A stretch of 63,714 nt of DNA, filler included, from Candidatus Tectimicrobiota bacterium (GCA_016193065.1; 4 parts of 4 records of this genome joined end to end with filler, not necessarily neighbours in it), one strand, 5' to 3'; positions 51,101 through 61,321 are shown, numbered from the whole stretch's first letter. Notes: generated by a model from the sequence alone, not told the origin. Translations and numbers: made by a program.

Positions 51101-51573
51101 AGAAGCCTGGACCGCACCGCGGTCGGGTATTGCAGGCGCAGGTCAGGCGCCTTGCGGATGACTTGGGAAGCCTGGTCGATGGCGGCTGCCGCCAGGTCCA
51201 CAGAGGCCCGGCCCTGGTTCTTCCCTTCGATAACCTCTTTTTGGAGTTGCCAGGCGTTGAGGATCTGGTTGCGCAGGAGTGGGTGTTCGTGCTCCAGATA
51301 ACGAGCCACCTTTTCTTGGGGGATTGGACGGAGGATTCCGAAAGCCAGACGGCAACCCAGGAAAACTACGATGAGGAAAAAGAGAAGAGCGTATACCGGA
51401 ACCGCGTAGGGGAAGAAGGGAGCTGCGGCTTCGGCCAGCGGAGCACTGAGCCACAGGACGATTCCCAGAGCCAGCAGGACGGACCCGTTTTCCAGCAAGC
51501 CAAAAACTTTTAGCCGCTGCCGGCCTTTCTGGATGAGCCGGGTGACATCCTGAAACGACAAACTCGGCGACAC
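48163..51573 (-). CDS. Large membrane-anchored coiled-coil protein (DUF4175-like)
   Basis: N-terminal TMs, DDFGL motif, long Q/E/M-rich coiled coil, VEKYFENL end. Confidence 0.8.
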   Translation of the reverse strand: MSPSLSFQDVTRLIQKGRQRLKVFGLLENGSVLLALGIVLWLSAPLAEAAAPFFPYAVPVYALLFFLIVVFLGCRLAFGILRPIPQEKVARYLEHEHPLLRNQILNAWQLQKEVIEGKNQGRASVDLAAAAIDQASQVIRKAPDLRLQYPTAVRSRLLTLIPLGVAFVGSWMFFPSGVQRTAALLLNPFAAIPPRHVSIALSPGQVKIPRGDSLEIVATTTGPLPKQVMLTVYNGDGRELPIAMAAAGPARFRTLLPQVNSSFRYEARVGSDRSPLYQVEVIDLPAAGNFQIQYIYPEYTGLAPEAREGSGHVEALKGTEVILKVKANKKISRAVMVFDDGTRRAMQISPENALGARIVALASTGYHLELEDTEGFKNRHPVHYDFRTIADQLPVVEIVNPPPEMSVDEYQIIDLGFTAGDDFGLSSVTLVYRLKEGPEQRIRIGKAGVRERKISGHYLWDLGLLSLEPGTVVRYHLEAQDNDVFSGPKTGFSAEHVLIVHSAQERHRGVQDLQRDLAEKLLDLLGNQLQYGEKLEQFQEGRLPPADAERVEKELREEHGKLKDRLNEVVDRLNEGLQRMEKDPLSDVSTLMDLDTLKRNLQFLQDEFKARPRVGSQPFTDRQEKVTSELEKAALLAEETLQRQKMRDLMQSTQNITNMQRGLLDALDQLAQKFDPNLMRSLMDTLGKLQNLMQQMMESLSQLARQMPDEFINQMSGETLNFGDLFRDLQELQRLLQAGDLEAARQLAQNFMRALSQMMASLQGMFNMAQNFPFNMSQRESEKASNILQELIETQKQLLKDTGNLDSKLSDLLNKRQQELFPDLQKRLRDTLGQVREKLKGVGEQTGGDLNRGGWDLRWSLDRLRDTLRQMEREIAERHLEEGKLRLKEALAQEENLARRLRSQMSAGELSPELRNRVEKSFEAMREALRSLEKDLQRLPGRNRDVVGEQEAGEFGELQNRQRALQDKTEALLNKLRELSFLTPFLGPELLEGLEGAAGSMGEAKTQLGERASREAIPPEQEAINRLSQTQSNLQNAMQQMAQRGRLMGTPAPMLSQAGISPYYFRGMREPPMRQPDRSFQERGRQGVSERDFQLPGREDYRAPEVFRQGVIRSLQDKIPSQYKGKVEKYFENLTE

Positions 51574-52045
51574 GGTAACGCCCCCTCCCCTCTGTCAGCG
51601 GGAACCCGAAAGGTCATATCGGTTGGACACCCAAACGGTGCGGGCGGTTCCCCTTCTCTCCAGATACTGCGCGCCTGCTGCCGTCGCGAAGAACGGAAGG
51701 AACCCTCCAGGTGCCACTAACCCAAGGGGGCACAAGGAAAATTGCAACGTCCCATGTTTACCATAGGGGTAACCCTCTGTCAATTGCGCGGTTATCACAC
51801 CTGATTCTGTCCGAGGCCGGGGGCCGCCTTCCCGCGCAAAAGTTTACCGGGTACCCGCAAGAGCGGGTGCCCAAGGGGCACCCTGGCCTCCTCCTTGCAT
51901 CCGTAGAGCTCGGCTGCGCGGGCTGCTCCCTCTGAGCTGGTGGCTGGCCGCTGAACGCTTTCGTAATGGGAAAAAAGGTTTGCGGTTTGACGGATGGGAT
52001 GCTAGAGTGAGCCGAATTTACAGACAGCGCGGTTAAGGAGTGTGG

Positions 52046-52786
52046 ATGGATTATCAGGTGAAACTGGAGGTCTTCGAGGGACCTCTGGATCTTCTCCTCC
52101 ACCTCATCAAAAAGAACGAGGTGGACATCTACGATATCCCCATCGCCGTGATCACCCAGCAGTATCTGTCCTACCTGGACCTCATGCAGACCTTGAACCT
52201 GGATGTGGCCGGCGAATACCTGGTCATGGCGGCCACCCTGATCCACATCAAATCCCGCCAGCTTTTACCTCCCGAAGAAACCGCGGAGCCCGAAGGGGAG
52301 GAGATGGAGGATCCCCGGGAGGAGCTCGTTCGCCGTCTTTTGGAGTACAAAAAGTTTAAAGAGGCTGCCGAGGAGCTGCGCCGCAGGGAAGTCCTGTGGC
52401 AGGATGTCTTTGCCCGCCAGGCACCTTGGGAGGGCGATGGAGAGCCCCTGTCTTACGGCCAGGAAGCCACGGTTTTCGATCTCCTCTCGGCCCTGCAGGA
52501 CATTCTCGATCGGGTGCGGGAGATCCCCGGTGTCCCTCTCTCTCTGGAAGAGATCACGATCACGGAAAAGATCAACATGATCCTGAGCTGCTTGGCCGAG
52601 ACCGAGACGCTTGCCTTCGAGGATCTCTTTGCCACAAGCACAACGCGCATGGAAATCATCGTGACTTTCCTGGCCCTGTTGGAGCTGGTGAAACAGCGCC
52701 TGCTCCGGCTCTGGCAGCCGGCGCCCTCCGGGCCGATTCGGATCTACCGCGGCGTGGAAACGGGAACTGCCCATGAACGATTCTGA
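52046..52786 (+). CDS. scpA: Segregation and condensation protein A
   Basis: FEGPLDLLLHLI, EYLVMAATLIHIKSR, IVTFLALLEL. Confidence 0.95.
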   Translation: MDYQVKLEVFEGPLDLLLHLIKKNEVDIYDIPIAVITQQYLSYLDLMQTLNLDVAGEYLVMAATLIHIKSRQLLPPEETAEPEGEEMEDPREELVRRLLEYKKFKEAAEELRRREVLWQDVFARQAPWEGDGEPLSYGQEATVFDLLSALQDILDRVREIPGVPLSLEEITITEKINMILSCLAETETLAFEDLFATSTTRMEIIVTFLALLELVKQRLLRLWQPAPSGPIRIYRGVETGTAHERF

Positions 52787-53369
52787 GCTGAAAGCGATTC
52801 TGGAATCGATCCTGTTCATCGCTGAGGGTCCCGTGACCCTCAAGCAGTTCTGCGAACTGTTCCAGGAAAAGTGCGAGAAGGAACAGGTGCGCAGGCTTCT
52901 CGAAGAGCTGAAGATCGACTTTGCAGAGCGGGCCCTCCAGCTCGTGGAGGTGGCCGGAGGCTACCGGCTGTGCACTCGCCCCGTGCACGCGGAATGGATC
53001 CGCAGCTTCCAGGCTCAGGAGCGCCGGACCCGGCTTTCCCCGGCAGCCTTGGAGACTCTGGCCATTATTGCTTACCGGCAACCCATCACCCGGGTCGAGA
53101 TCGACGAGATCCGCGGGGTGGATTGCAGCACGGTCCTCAAGACCCTCCTGGAGAGGCGCCTGGTCCGCATCCTGGGCCGCCGGCGGGCTCCGGGAAACCC
53201 CCTCACCTACGGTTCGACCCGGGAGTTTCTGGAGTATTTCGGCCTCAAGGACTTGAAGGATCTCCCGACTCTGAGCGAGTTTAGCCCCCCCGAAGAGGTG
53301 GAGATCTATTCCCATGAAGCTGAGGCTGCAGAAGATCCTGGCGGAAGCGGGGATCTCCTCCCGGCGTGA
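52773..53369 (+). CDS. scpB: Segregation and condensation protein B
   Basis: LSPAALETLAIIAYRQPITRVEIDEIRGV. Confidence 0.95.
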   Translation: MNDSELKAILESILFIAEGPVTLKQFCELFQEKCEKEQVRRLLEELKIDFAERALQLVEVAGGYRLCTRPVHAEWIRSFQAQERRTRLSPAALETLAIIAYRQPITRVEIDEIRGVDCSTVLKTLLERRLVRILGRRRAPGNPLTYGSTREFLEYFGLKDLKDLPTLSEFSPPEEVEIYSHEAEAAEDPGGSGDLLPA

Positions 53370-54054
53370 AGCTGAAACATTCATCTTGGCAGGCCGGGTT
53401 ACCGTTAATGGCCGGATCGTGCGCTCCTTGGGCAGCAAGGCGGATCCCGAGAGTGACCTGGTGGCCGTTGACGGCCGCCCCCTGGGCCCCCCCGAAACCA
53501 AGGCCTACTTCGTGCTGTACAAGCCCCGAGGGGTCATCACTTCCCGGAAAGACGAGCGCGGCCGCAAGACCGTCGCGGATTTGATGCGCTCCCTGCCGTT
53601 TCGGCTCTTCCCGGCGGGCCGCCTGGATTATGACGCGGAGGGAGTTTTGATCATGACGAACGACGGGGAACTGGCCATGGCCCTGACCCATCCGAGCTAT
53701 CAAGTTTCCCGCACGTACTTGACCAAGGTGCGGGGGTTCCCTTCCCCTTCGGCGCTGGCCTTCTTGCGGCGCGGGTCCGGGAGCGGGCCCTCCCCGCGGG
53801 TCCGGCTGGTGAAAAAAACCCCCAAGAACTGCTGGATCGAGATTACCCTGACCACGGGTCGCTATCATGAGGTCAAGGAGATCTGTGCTGCAGCGGGGCA
53901 TCCGGTTCTCCGGTTGATCCGGACAGCCCATGGGTGTGTGACCCTGGAGGGTCTTCAGCCCGGAGAGTATCGTCCCCTGCTCCCCCGGGAGGTCCGGCAC
54001 CTGCGCACCCTCCTGCGAACATTCCATGGAAATGGAGAGAAGATTCAACGCTAG
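53314..54054 (+). CDS. rluB: rRNA pseudouridine synthase (RluB/RsuA family)
   Basis: RLQKILAEAGISSRR S4 domain, GRLDYD. Confidence 0.9.
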   Translation: MKLRLQKILAEAGISSRREAETFILAGRVTVNGRIVRSLGSKADPESDLVAVDGRPLGPPETKAYFVLYKPRGVITSRKDERGRKTVADLMRSLPFRLFPAGRLDYDAEGVLIMTNDGELAMALTHPSYQVSRTYLTKVRGFPSPSALAFLRRGSGSGPSPRVRLVKKTPKNCWIEITLTTGRYHEVKEICAAAGHPVLRLIRTAHGCVTLEGLQPGEYRPLLPREVRHLRTLLRTFHGNGEKIQR

Positions 54055-54772
54055 AGATTTTTTTCTGATCATCGTGACGATGGGTTTGCTGGCGGGTTGC
54101 GCGTCCCCGCTGCCCCCCCCGGTGCTACGGGACGAACCGGCCCAGGCTCCCTCTGTTCCGGCGCCACCACCGGACCCAATCCCCGCGCCTCTGCCTGCGC
54201 CGGGACCGCCGCCCGTCTTGGAAACACCAGCGCCTCCTCCGTCTCCCTCCCTGAGCCAGCGTTTTCCACAAATCGCCCGCAGCAGCGGGGTGACCCGGGC
54301 GGAGGCTGCAACCGTCATCGTGAGGGGAATACCTCGCTTCCACCTGATTCGTCCGCTGAAGTCTGTGGAGATTGTCACGGATATCCCGGACCACAGCGCC
54401 CGCCGGGAAATTTTGGAAGTGGTCGGCAAGGGGATTATGGAGGTGTACCCGAATCATACCTTTTCCCCTTCCTCCCTGCTCTCACGGGGGGAACTGGCGG
54501 AGATTCTAAGCACTCTGATCGATCGCCTGCCCGCCAACCGGCGGCCGCCTCTCCCTGGTTCCTCCTCGTCCCTCCGGTTCCAGGATCTTCTCGATAGAAA
54601 CCGGTATGCTCCGGCAGTCTACCGGATGGTGCGGCTGGGAATCTTGAAACCGAAATCCGCCAGAACCTTTGGTGTCGGAGAGAAGGTCAGCGGCGGGGAA
54701 CTCCTGGGGGCTGTGTCTGCCTTGAACGCATGGTTCACAACGGCCTCCCGGACGTCTTCGGATACCCGCTAA
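54026..54772 (+). CDS. Pro-rich lipoprotein with SLH-like domains
   Basis: LLAGC lipobox; TRAEAA, YPNHTFSP...SRGELA. Confidence 0.75.
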   Translation: MEMERRFNARDFFLIIVTMGLLAGCASPLPPPVLRDEPAQAPSVPAPPPDPIPAPLPAPGPPPVLETPAPPPSPSLSQRFPQIARSSGVTRAEAATVIVRGIPRFHLIRPLKSVEIVTDIPDHSARREILEVVGKGIMEVYPNHTFSPSSLLSRGELAEILSTLIDRLPANRRPPLPGSSSSLRFQDLLDRNRYAPAVYRMVRLGILKPKSARTFGVGEKVSGGELLGAVSALNAWFTTASRTSSDTR

Positions 54773-54777
54773 TCCAT

Positions 54778-55109
54778 GTAGGGGCGCGATTTATCGCGCC
54801 TTAGTTTGTCCTGACTGCCGGCAGATTATTGTCGGGCGCAATGAATTGCGCCCCTACTTAAGACTCGCTAACCAGCGATCAAATCCGTCCTCGCCTTTCC
54901 GTCGTGGATTCTCCCGGTCGAGTTCCCAGCGCAATGGATTGGTCGCAATATATTCCCGCATGCGGTTTAAGGATTCTTCATTGCGAATGATGTGCTCGAA
55001 ATGGTTGCATTGCCACTCGAATTTTGGGAATTCTGCCAGTCGGATGAGACGGGTAGTTACTGCCTTAAAGTACGATGTTCCCCAGTGTAGGGGCGCGATT
55101 TATCGCGCC
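54778..55109 (-). mobile_element. RAYT transposase 3' remnant with GTAG-type REP hairpins
   Basis: GTAGGGGCGCGATTTATCGCGCC at 54778 and 55087, inverted variant at 54831-54857; minus frame WQCNHFEHIIRNEESLNRMREYIATNP. Confidence 0.75.
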
Positions 55110-55311
55110 TTCGTTTGTTCTAACTATCTGTACCACCCGCCCCGCATCGTTCAATCCCATTTTCTCGTCTTCCACCTCGCCAAATGAATTCTCTCGATTA
55201 CAGGTACAGATCGTCACGAAATAGGCACCGGCTTGGGAGTAGTCATACCCCGAATTTTCCTCTGTTTCCTAAATCTTGACAGCCGTTTGCGGATCGGGCT
55301 ATTATTTGATA

Positions 55312-55965
55312 ATGAAAGATTCATCCCTTCAGGAGAAATCGACCGAGCGACGCTCCTTCCTCAAGAAGGGGAGCCGGACAGCAGCCGTTCTCCTGGCCGG
55401 GCTGTTCCTCCTGGGCTGCCAGGCCAGGGTGGAAACGATTCCTGTCCTCGACACTCCCGCCCATCATACCGATGTAGGAATGCGGCTTCTGGAGCGGGGC
55501 AAGCTCGATCAAGCCCTCCGGGAATTCCGCCTGGCCAAAGCCCTCGACCCCAGATACCCGCCGGCCTACCTGGGAGCCGGGATGGTCTATCGCAGCCAGG
55601 GGGATTTTGCCAAGGCATTTGCCGAGCTTCAGGAAGCCAGGACGAATGCTCAGACGGCCGCCCAAAAGATTTCCGCCCGCGCCGAGATCATTGTGACCTA
55701 CCGCCAGGCATTCCTGGCGGGGCAGGGGGAAAAAGACTGGCTCAAGATCTCGGAACAGGAGTTTGCCGAAGGGACTGCCCAGCCCGGGGACCACTCGGCC
55801 CTCTATTACGCCATGGGCCGGGCCTACTTGACTGCCTACGAATTTCTCAAAGCCGAAGAAATGTTCCGCAAGGTCGTTTCTCGGGACGGCCCTTACGCCA
55901 GGTCCGCCTCCGCGGAGCTGGCGATTATCGAGAAGGTGAAGCAGTTCATGAGAGAGGGCCGTTAG
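55312..55965 (+). CDS. TPR lipoprotein
   Basis: RRSFL...FLLGC leader; TPR-like helices. Confidence 0.7.
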   Translation: MKDSSLQEKSTERRSFLKKGSRTAAVLLAGLFLLGCQARVETIPVLDTPAHHTDVGMRLLERGKLDQALREFRLAKALDPRYPPAYLGAGMVYRSQGDFAKAFAELQEARTNAQTAAQKISARAEIIVTYRQAFLAGQGEKDWLKISEQEFAEGTAQPGDHSALYYAMGRAYLTAYEFLKAEEMFRKVVSRDGPYARSASAELAIIEKVKQFMREGR

Positions 55966-56031
55966 TGCCTTCGCGACCCTGCAGCAAACGGGACTCAGGA
56001 GTTCCTCTTTGCCTCCATTGACGCGAAAGGG

Positions 56032-57099
56032 GTGGGAAGGGGTATTGTGGATCCTGAGCGGGGCCGTTGTTGTTGCCCTCCTCNNNACGTTGCCCGGGGG
56101 GTTCTGGCTCCGTTTTTTATTAGTTTTCTCCTGGCTTACCTCCTGGATCCCCTCATCGGACGCCTGACCAGCCGGAGATTTCCCCGCACCGCTTCCATTG
56201 TTGCCCTGATGGTCGTCACACTCCTGCTGATCGGGACTGCCGTCGTTCTCCTCTATCCGATCCTGAGTCAGCAGGCCCAGCACCTCATAGAAAACATGCC
56301 GCTCTACATTGAGGCGGTGCAGAGATGGCTGGCCCCCTTGGTGGAGCGCCTGGGAATTGGGGATCCCGGGAGCCTGCGGGAGTTTCTCAATCAGGTATTC
56401 TCCCGTTTTGGATCTCTTCCCCTTCAGGTCCTCACTCAAAGCACCCGGATTGGCTTTCAAGCCCTGACGAATTTGGTCAGCTTCATCCTCTTCCTGGTCA
56501 ATCTCCTGATCATCCCCGTGGCTACTTTTTACCTGCTCAGGGACTGGGATCAGCTCAAGGAGCGGGCCATTACCCTGGTTCCCGTGCACCGGCGCGCTGG
56601 GGCGAGGTCCCTGATAAAGAAAATCGACACGGCCCTGGGAGCTTTCATCCGGGGGCAGATACTCATCGCCTTCCTGCAGGCGGTGTATTACAGCTTTGCC
56701 TTTTCGTTGGTGGGAGTACCCCTGGGCGTGCTGCTCGGCATGGTGACCGGCTTTGCCAGCGTGATCCCCTACCTTGGTCTCGTCATTGGGCTTCTCCCTA
56801 CGCTGCTCCTCACCTATGTCCAGTTCAGTGACTTTTCCCATCTGCTGGGTGTGCTGCTTGTTTTCGGGATTGCCCAGGTTCTGGAGACGGGAGTCTACAC
56901 TCCCCGCATCATGGGGGAGAAGGTGGGACTCCATCCGGTCGCTATCTTGCTGGCGGTGGTCGTGGGGGGGAAGCTGTTCGGGTTTGTGGGAATTCTCCTG
57001 GCGATTCCCGGGGCCGCCGTGATCAATGTTCTCTTTCAGGAGACCCTGGAACGTTACCGGCGCTCCCCTTACTATGCAGGCCCTACGGACAGCTCTTAG
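56032..57099 (+). CDS. AI-2E family transporter (5' end disturbed by an N gap)
   Basis: LAPFFISFLLAYLLDP, FIRGQ, IPYLG, GLHPVAILL. Confidence 0.9.
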   Translation: MGRGIVDPERGRCCCPPXXVARGVLAPFFISFLLAYLLDPLIGRLTSRRFPRTASIVALMVVTLLLIGTAVVLLYPILSQQAQHLIENMPLYIEAVQRWLAPLVERLGIGDPGSLREFLNQVFSRFGSLPLQVLTQSTRIGFQALTNLVSFILFLVNLLIIPVATFYLLRDWDQLKERAITLVPVHRRAGARSLIKKIDTALGAFIRGQILIAFLQAVYYSFAFSLVGVPLGVLLGMVTGFASVIPYLGLVIGLLPTLLLTYVQFSDFSHLLGVLLVFGIAQVLETGVYTPRIMGEKVGLHPVAILLAVVVGGKLFGFVGILLAIPGAAVINVLFQETLERYRRSPYYAGPTDSS

Positions 57100-57116
57100 G
57101 AGGCTTGCAGTAGGCC

Positions 57117-58008
57117 ATGAAGCCCCCCGTTTTCGTCACGCGCCCGATTCCCGCCCCTGCCCTGGCACAGCTCACTCACCGACCGAATCACTGGGGACCT
57201 CTTGGAATCGGCAATGGAGCTCAGGGTCGTTTCGAACGTGGCCGTGGGGTTTGACAACATCGACGTGGCGGCTGCGACCCGGCGCGGGATCCTGGTGACC
57301 AACACGCCGGGAATTCTCGACGAGACCACGGCCGACCTGGCCTTTGCCCTCCTCCTGTCCGCAGCCCGGCGCGTGGCGGAAGGGGACCGCCTCGTCCGCC
57401 GGGGAGAGTTCCGGGAATGGAGTGTTCACATGCTGCTGGGGGAAGATGTTTTCGGCAGAACCCTGGGGCTGTGCGGCTGCGGGCGCATCGGTCAGGCTGT
57501 GGCCCGCCGGGCCGCCGGGTTCTCCATGCGGGTCCTTTACACGGCCCGCCATCGACTCCACGGTCCCACCGAACAGCAGATGGGACTCACTTATGTGGAC
57601 AAGGAGACCCTGCTGCGGGAGAGCGATTTTGTGAGCCTTCACCTCCCCCTGACTCCCGAGACCCGGCACTACATCACGGAGCGGGAGCTGGCGCTTATGA
57701 AACCCACGGCCTATCTCATCAACACGGCCCGTGGCCCCGTCATTGATGAGCCGGCGTTGGTGGAGGCTCTCAAGACCAGCCGGATCGCGGGGGCGGGCCT
57801 GGATGTTTTCGAAGACGAGCCCCGCCTCCACCCGGGCCTCATGGGTCTGGACAATGTGGTCCTCACCCCTCACATTGGCAGTGCTTCCCGCCAGACCCGC
57901 ACCCGGATGGCGCTCGTGGCGGCGGAAAATCTGATTGCCGCTTTGCTGGGAAAACGCCCCCCCAACCTCGTGAACCCCGAAGCTTTCGATCGACGCGACG
58001 CGCGGTAG
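57117..58008 (+). CDS. D-glycerate/glyoxylate reductase (2-hydroxyacid dehydrogenase) with deletion and frameshift near 57175
   Basis: MKPPVFVTRPIP in one frame; LTDRI...AVGFDNID, GCGRIG, INTARG, GLDVFEDEP, PHIGSA in another. Confidence 0.85.
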
Positions 58009-58120
58009 GGAACTGCATGCGGCGGTGGTCGCAAAAGAGCCTCCATGCCAAGAATCAAGACCTGACCCCAATCCTTGGTGGACGGGCTTTTCGTCGGCAC
58101 ATCTCAGTCAACGACGGCGT

Positions 58121-58654
58121 TTACCGGCCCTTGAAATCGATGTTGCTGAACAAAGGCGCGGTGGGTCTGGTGATCTTGAAGGCGGCCATGCTTTTTAAAG
58201 GCCCGCCGCTGCTGCCGACGTGACAACCGTTGCACCCTGCGATAGCAGTATCATACGCCTTTTCGAACGCCGCCTTATCCTTTGCCTCGATCGCCTTGAT
58301 CAATGCCGGAAGAGCGGACTCTGCCCAGGGTTTCAAACTTGCGATTCGCTTCGGCCTCACCACATAAACGCCCTTGATCGTCTCTTCGGACCTATAGGCC
58401 TCAAAACGGGCCAAGTCCCAGTTGCCTGCTTGCGCGCCAAACCACATGTTGTTGAAATAGATAGTCAGCTCAATCATCCGCGGCGCTGTGCCTGGCTGGA
58501 TGGACCAAAGCGGTAGCTTCTCATCGTACTTCGAAAATTTTTCGTCGATGGCCTTATTGACGTTCTCCTGAGCGACTGCAGGTGGCCCCTGCCAGGCGGA
58601 AACTAGCAGGGCGATGCCAATCAGCGCCACCAGCGCCAGTCTGAGGGTTTTCAT
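58121..58654 (-). CDS. Exported c-type cytochrome with C-terminal heme site (class II-like)
   Basis: Signal peptide, helical body, CNGCH near the C-terminus. Confidence 0.75.
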   Translation of the reverse strand: MKTLRLALVALIGIALLVSAWQGPPAVAQENVNKAIDEKFSKYDEKLPLWSIQPGTAPRMIELTIYFNNMWFGAQAGNWDLARFEAYRSEETIKGVYVVRPKRIASLKPWAESALPALIKAIEAKDKAAFEKAYDTAIAGCNGCHVGSSGGPLKSMAAFKITRPTAPLFSNIDFKGR

Positions 58655-58711
58655 CGGTACCCCCTTTCAAAAAAGAAATCACGGTTGACCCCTCCTCTAG
58701 CCTCAGCCAAA

Positions 58712-59027
58712 GGCTGATCCGCCTCAGGTGGAAGCTAGTTTCAAAGCCTCTTACATCAGTTAGGGGCAGATGTCCAGCTTAAATTCAGGGGACACCTTAC
58801 TTAACTTGTAACTTCCTTGCTCCCTTCGGGCCGGGCTTCTGTCGCCTCAGCGTGCGTTCCATGATCCGCTCTAGCGGTTCCGTGAAGCGTTCATTTCCAA
58901 GTGGCCTGCCGGTCCGCTCGTGCTTCCTGATGTCGTTCATTGTCTCTTCCTCCTCGGCCGAGGAAAGGAACAGTTTCCAGTCTCCAACGATCTCCAGCAG
59001 GGGAGACACCTTGACAAGCTGATCATC
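58712..59027 (-). mobile_element. 3' part of a second RAYT copy with flank
   Basis: Near-identical to 31909-32220, with an intact C-terminus ...RRQKPGPKGARKLQVK. Confidence 0.85.
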
Positions 59028-59127
59028 NNNNNNNNNNNNNNNNNNNNNNNNNNNNNNNNNNNNNNNNNNNNTTAATTAATTAANNNNNNNNNNNNNNNNN
59101 NNNNNNNNNNNNNNNNNNNNNNNNNNN
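59028..59127. other. Artificial contig-joining linker
   Basis: Ns flanking TTAATTAATTAA. Confidence 0.97.
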
Positions 59128-59563
59128 GAAATTTACCGGCCCGCTCGTCTCGGGCGATTTTCGATTTTACCGTAATGGCGTCCGACTTCTTCTGGAGGGC
59201 TTTCGCCTTCATCTTTGGAGTGTGATGGTGCGTCATCACGGTCTCGGATTTGATGGGCCGGGAGAGCCACATCTTCGCGGTGGTGCTAGAACGTCGGGTT
59301 TAGTAGGGTGTCAAAAGAGTGATTTTCGTGCTTCGACCAGCTCAGCACGAACGGAAGATGATCCGTGGTGCCGGTCTTTGAGGCGGGCAGGTACCTGCTG
59401 GCCTTCGACGGTGCGGCGTTGCTGCTCTTGGAACTCTGGCGGAAGAGGCGTGAGGTGTGAGTCAGGGGAGCAAATTCACCTAAGCCGAGGGATGATTGCC
59501 GGACTTTCACGAGATAGTTGTTCTCCTTCGGGGTGAAGCTTCAGTTGTTGATGTTCATGAAGT

Positions 59564-59800
59564 ATGACATTATGTACATGGATGTTACAATGGAGTAGAG
59601 AATTGAGAACTCCGGTTTTGCAACACAAACGCGTGCAGTTGAATCAGAAAAAGCTTGACAGAGCAAAGCGGGTTTTAGGGGCGAAGACCGAGACCGGGGC
59701 TTTGAATCGAGCGCTCGATGTGGTTGTGGACGAGGCCGGGGTTGACGCCGCGCTGAAAAAGGGGCGGCGGAGAGGGCGCCTCCGAAAGGCTTTCCTATAG
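59564..59800 (+). CDS. VapB-like antitoxin, orphan (start uncertain)
   Basis: KRVQLNQKKLDRAKRVLGAKTETGALNRALD RHH-like motif. Confidence 0.5.
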   Translation: MTLCTWMLQWSRELRTPVLQHKRVQLNQKKLDRAKRVLGAKTETGALNRALDVVVDEAGVDAALKKGRRRGRLRKAFL

Positions 59801-59987
59801 GGTACACCGGACGCTCATCGACACAAATATTTACATCGATTGGTTCAACAGCGGCTTGTATGAAGCCATTCTGTTCCAGGCTGGGCCGGTAAAATATCTG
59901 AGCGATATTGTTCGATGACATGGAGGTTGACGATCCCGGAGTATTTATGTATTGTAGTGACATACCTACCTTGATCCAGGGGGATCT

Positions 59988-60266
59988 ATGCGGATTGGGT
60001 TACGCGAGGCAAATCAGCAGTTCTCGAAAGCTATGAAGGCGGTGAAAACGGGGGATGAGGTGGTCTTGACCGAGCGAGGAAAGCCCATTGCTGTGATCAA
60101 GCCGCTCAAGAAGTCCGACAAGGGAGAGACAGTGTTCCAGCGACTGGAGACGGCTGGGCTGTTGCGTGCAGCGACCAAATCTCTGCCCTTACCGTCTTGG
60201 ACCCCGCGTCCATTGAAAGGCGCACCGTTGTCGAAGACGCTCCGCGAGGAACGGGATTCCTCCTGA
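59988..60266 (+). CDS. Phd/YefM family antitoxin
   Basis: IGLREANQQFSKAMKAVKTGDEVVLTERGKPIAVI. Confidence 0.9.
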   Translation: MRIGLREANQQFSKAMKAVKTGDEVVLTERGKPIAVIKPLKKSDKGETVFQRLETAGLLRAATKSLPLPSWTPRPLKGAPLSKTLREERDSS

Positions 60267-60703
60267 TGCCTGCCCCTTGGGCGTATTTCGACACCAGCGT
60301 ACTTGTAAAACGATACGTAAGGGAACAGGGCTCAGCCCGTGCGCAGACCCTACTTCGTCGCTATCGATTCCTGTCGTCGGCCATCGCTCCGGCGGAGATG
60401 ATGTCGGCTCTCTGTCGGCGTCGGGCTGCTGGGGAGCTGGCTGAACGCGACTTTGATGTGATTCTCTCCCGGATGCAAAAGGATCGGGCCTATTGGGAGC
60501 TTGTTGAAGTGAGCCCGCTGGTTCTGAGCCAAACGGAGGAACTGATTCAGAGGACACCTCTGCGAACTCTGGACGCAATCCATGTGGCTTCCGCCATGGC
60601 ATTCCAGGCTGCTTCGGGGATCCAGATTCCGTTCATGACGGGGGATATCCGGCAGCGGGACGCAGCCCAACGGTTAGCCATCAATGTCGTCTGGGTGCGA
60701 TGA
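60266..60703 (+). CDS. vapC: VapC PIN-domain toxin
   Basis: YFDTSVLVKRYVRE, LRTLDAIHVASA, FMTGD; TGATG coupling. Confidence 0.9.
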   Translation: MPAPWAYFDTSVLVKRYVREQGSARAQTLLRRYRFLSSAIAPAEMMSALCRRRAAGELAERDFDVILSRMQKDRAYWELVEVSPLVLSQTEELIQRTPLRTLDAIHVASAMAFQAASGIQIPFMTGDIRQRDAAQRLAINVVWVR

Positions 60704-60763
60704 GGGTCCTGGTGGTGTATGATCGAATAGAGTATAAAGTATAGAGGGAGGAGGCCATAGTCG

Positions 60764-61123
60764 ATGGGTGATTTGTATGGGCAGGCCAACTCGCCGGGCG
60801 AAGAGATAAAGGTGAGCGAAACCCTACTGGACGAGATCGTCCGTCGTATTGTTGAAGTGGCGCGACCCGAGCGGATCATTCTCTTCGGTTCTGCCGCCCG
60901 CGGGCGGAGAGGACCGGACAGTGATCTCGATTTCCTCGTGGTAAAGTCCGGCGTGTCCCACCGACGCCGCCTGGCCCAGCAAATTCATCGAACTCTCTTT
61001 GGGATTGGTGTGCCTGTTGATATTATTGTGGTCACACCGGAGGACATCCAGACCTTTCGTGACAAGGTGGGAACGATCATCGGCCCCGCCCTTCGGGAAG
61101 GAAGGGAAGTCTATGCCGCCTGA
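60764..61123 (+). CDS. Minimal nucleotidyltransferase (MNT)
   Basis: IILFGSAARG...DSDLDFLVV. Confidence 0.9.
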   Translation: MGDLYGQANSPGEEIKVSETLLDEIVRRIVEVARPERIILFGSAARGRRGPDSDLDFLVVKSGVSHRRRLAQQIHRTLFGIGVPVDIIVVTPEDIQTFRDKVGTIIGPALREGREVYAA

Positions 61124-61199
61124 ACGCCGTAACCCAACCAATCCGACCGAAAGAGTTGTTCGCTGGGCTGAGTCTCTGATCTCCGCTTGGTTAAAGTAG
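61113..61199 (+). pseudogene. Internally deleted HEPN partner
   Basis: MPPERRNPTNPT-ERVVRWAESLI joins the typical N- and C-termini of MNT-associated HEPN proteins. Confidence 0.55.
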
Positions 61200-61321
61200 A
61201 AGAGATGACCGAGCGGAAAAGAATTTGTAAGCCCGTTCCTTAAGAAAACCTATTTCTGGGCAGTTGTAAAGCCCCCGCCGCGTGTTATTAGGTCGGAGAC
61301 TTCTCTACGGGAGGAAGACCG

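Noticed and set aside
51755-51773. GTTTACCATAGGGGTAAC as another member of the GTTAC-N6-GTAAC regulon
   Set aside because: Wrong spacing, unpaired, on a different contig, and no -24/-12 element recognised
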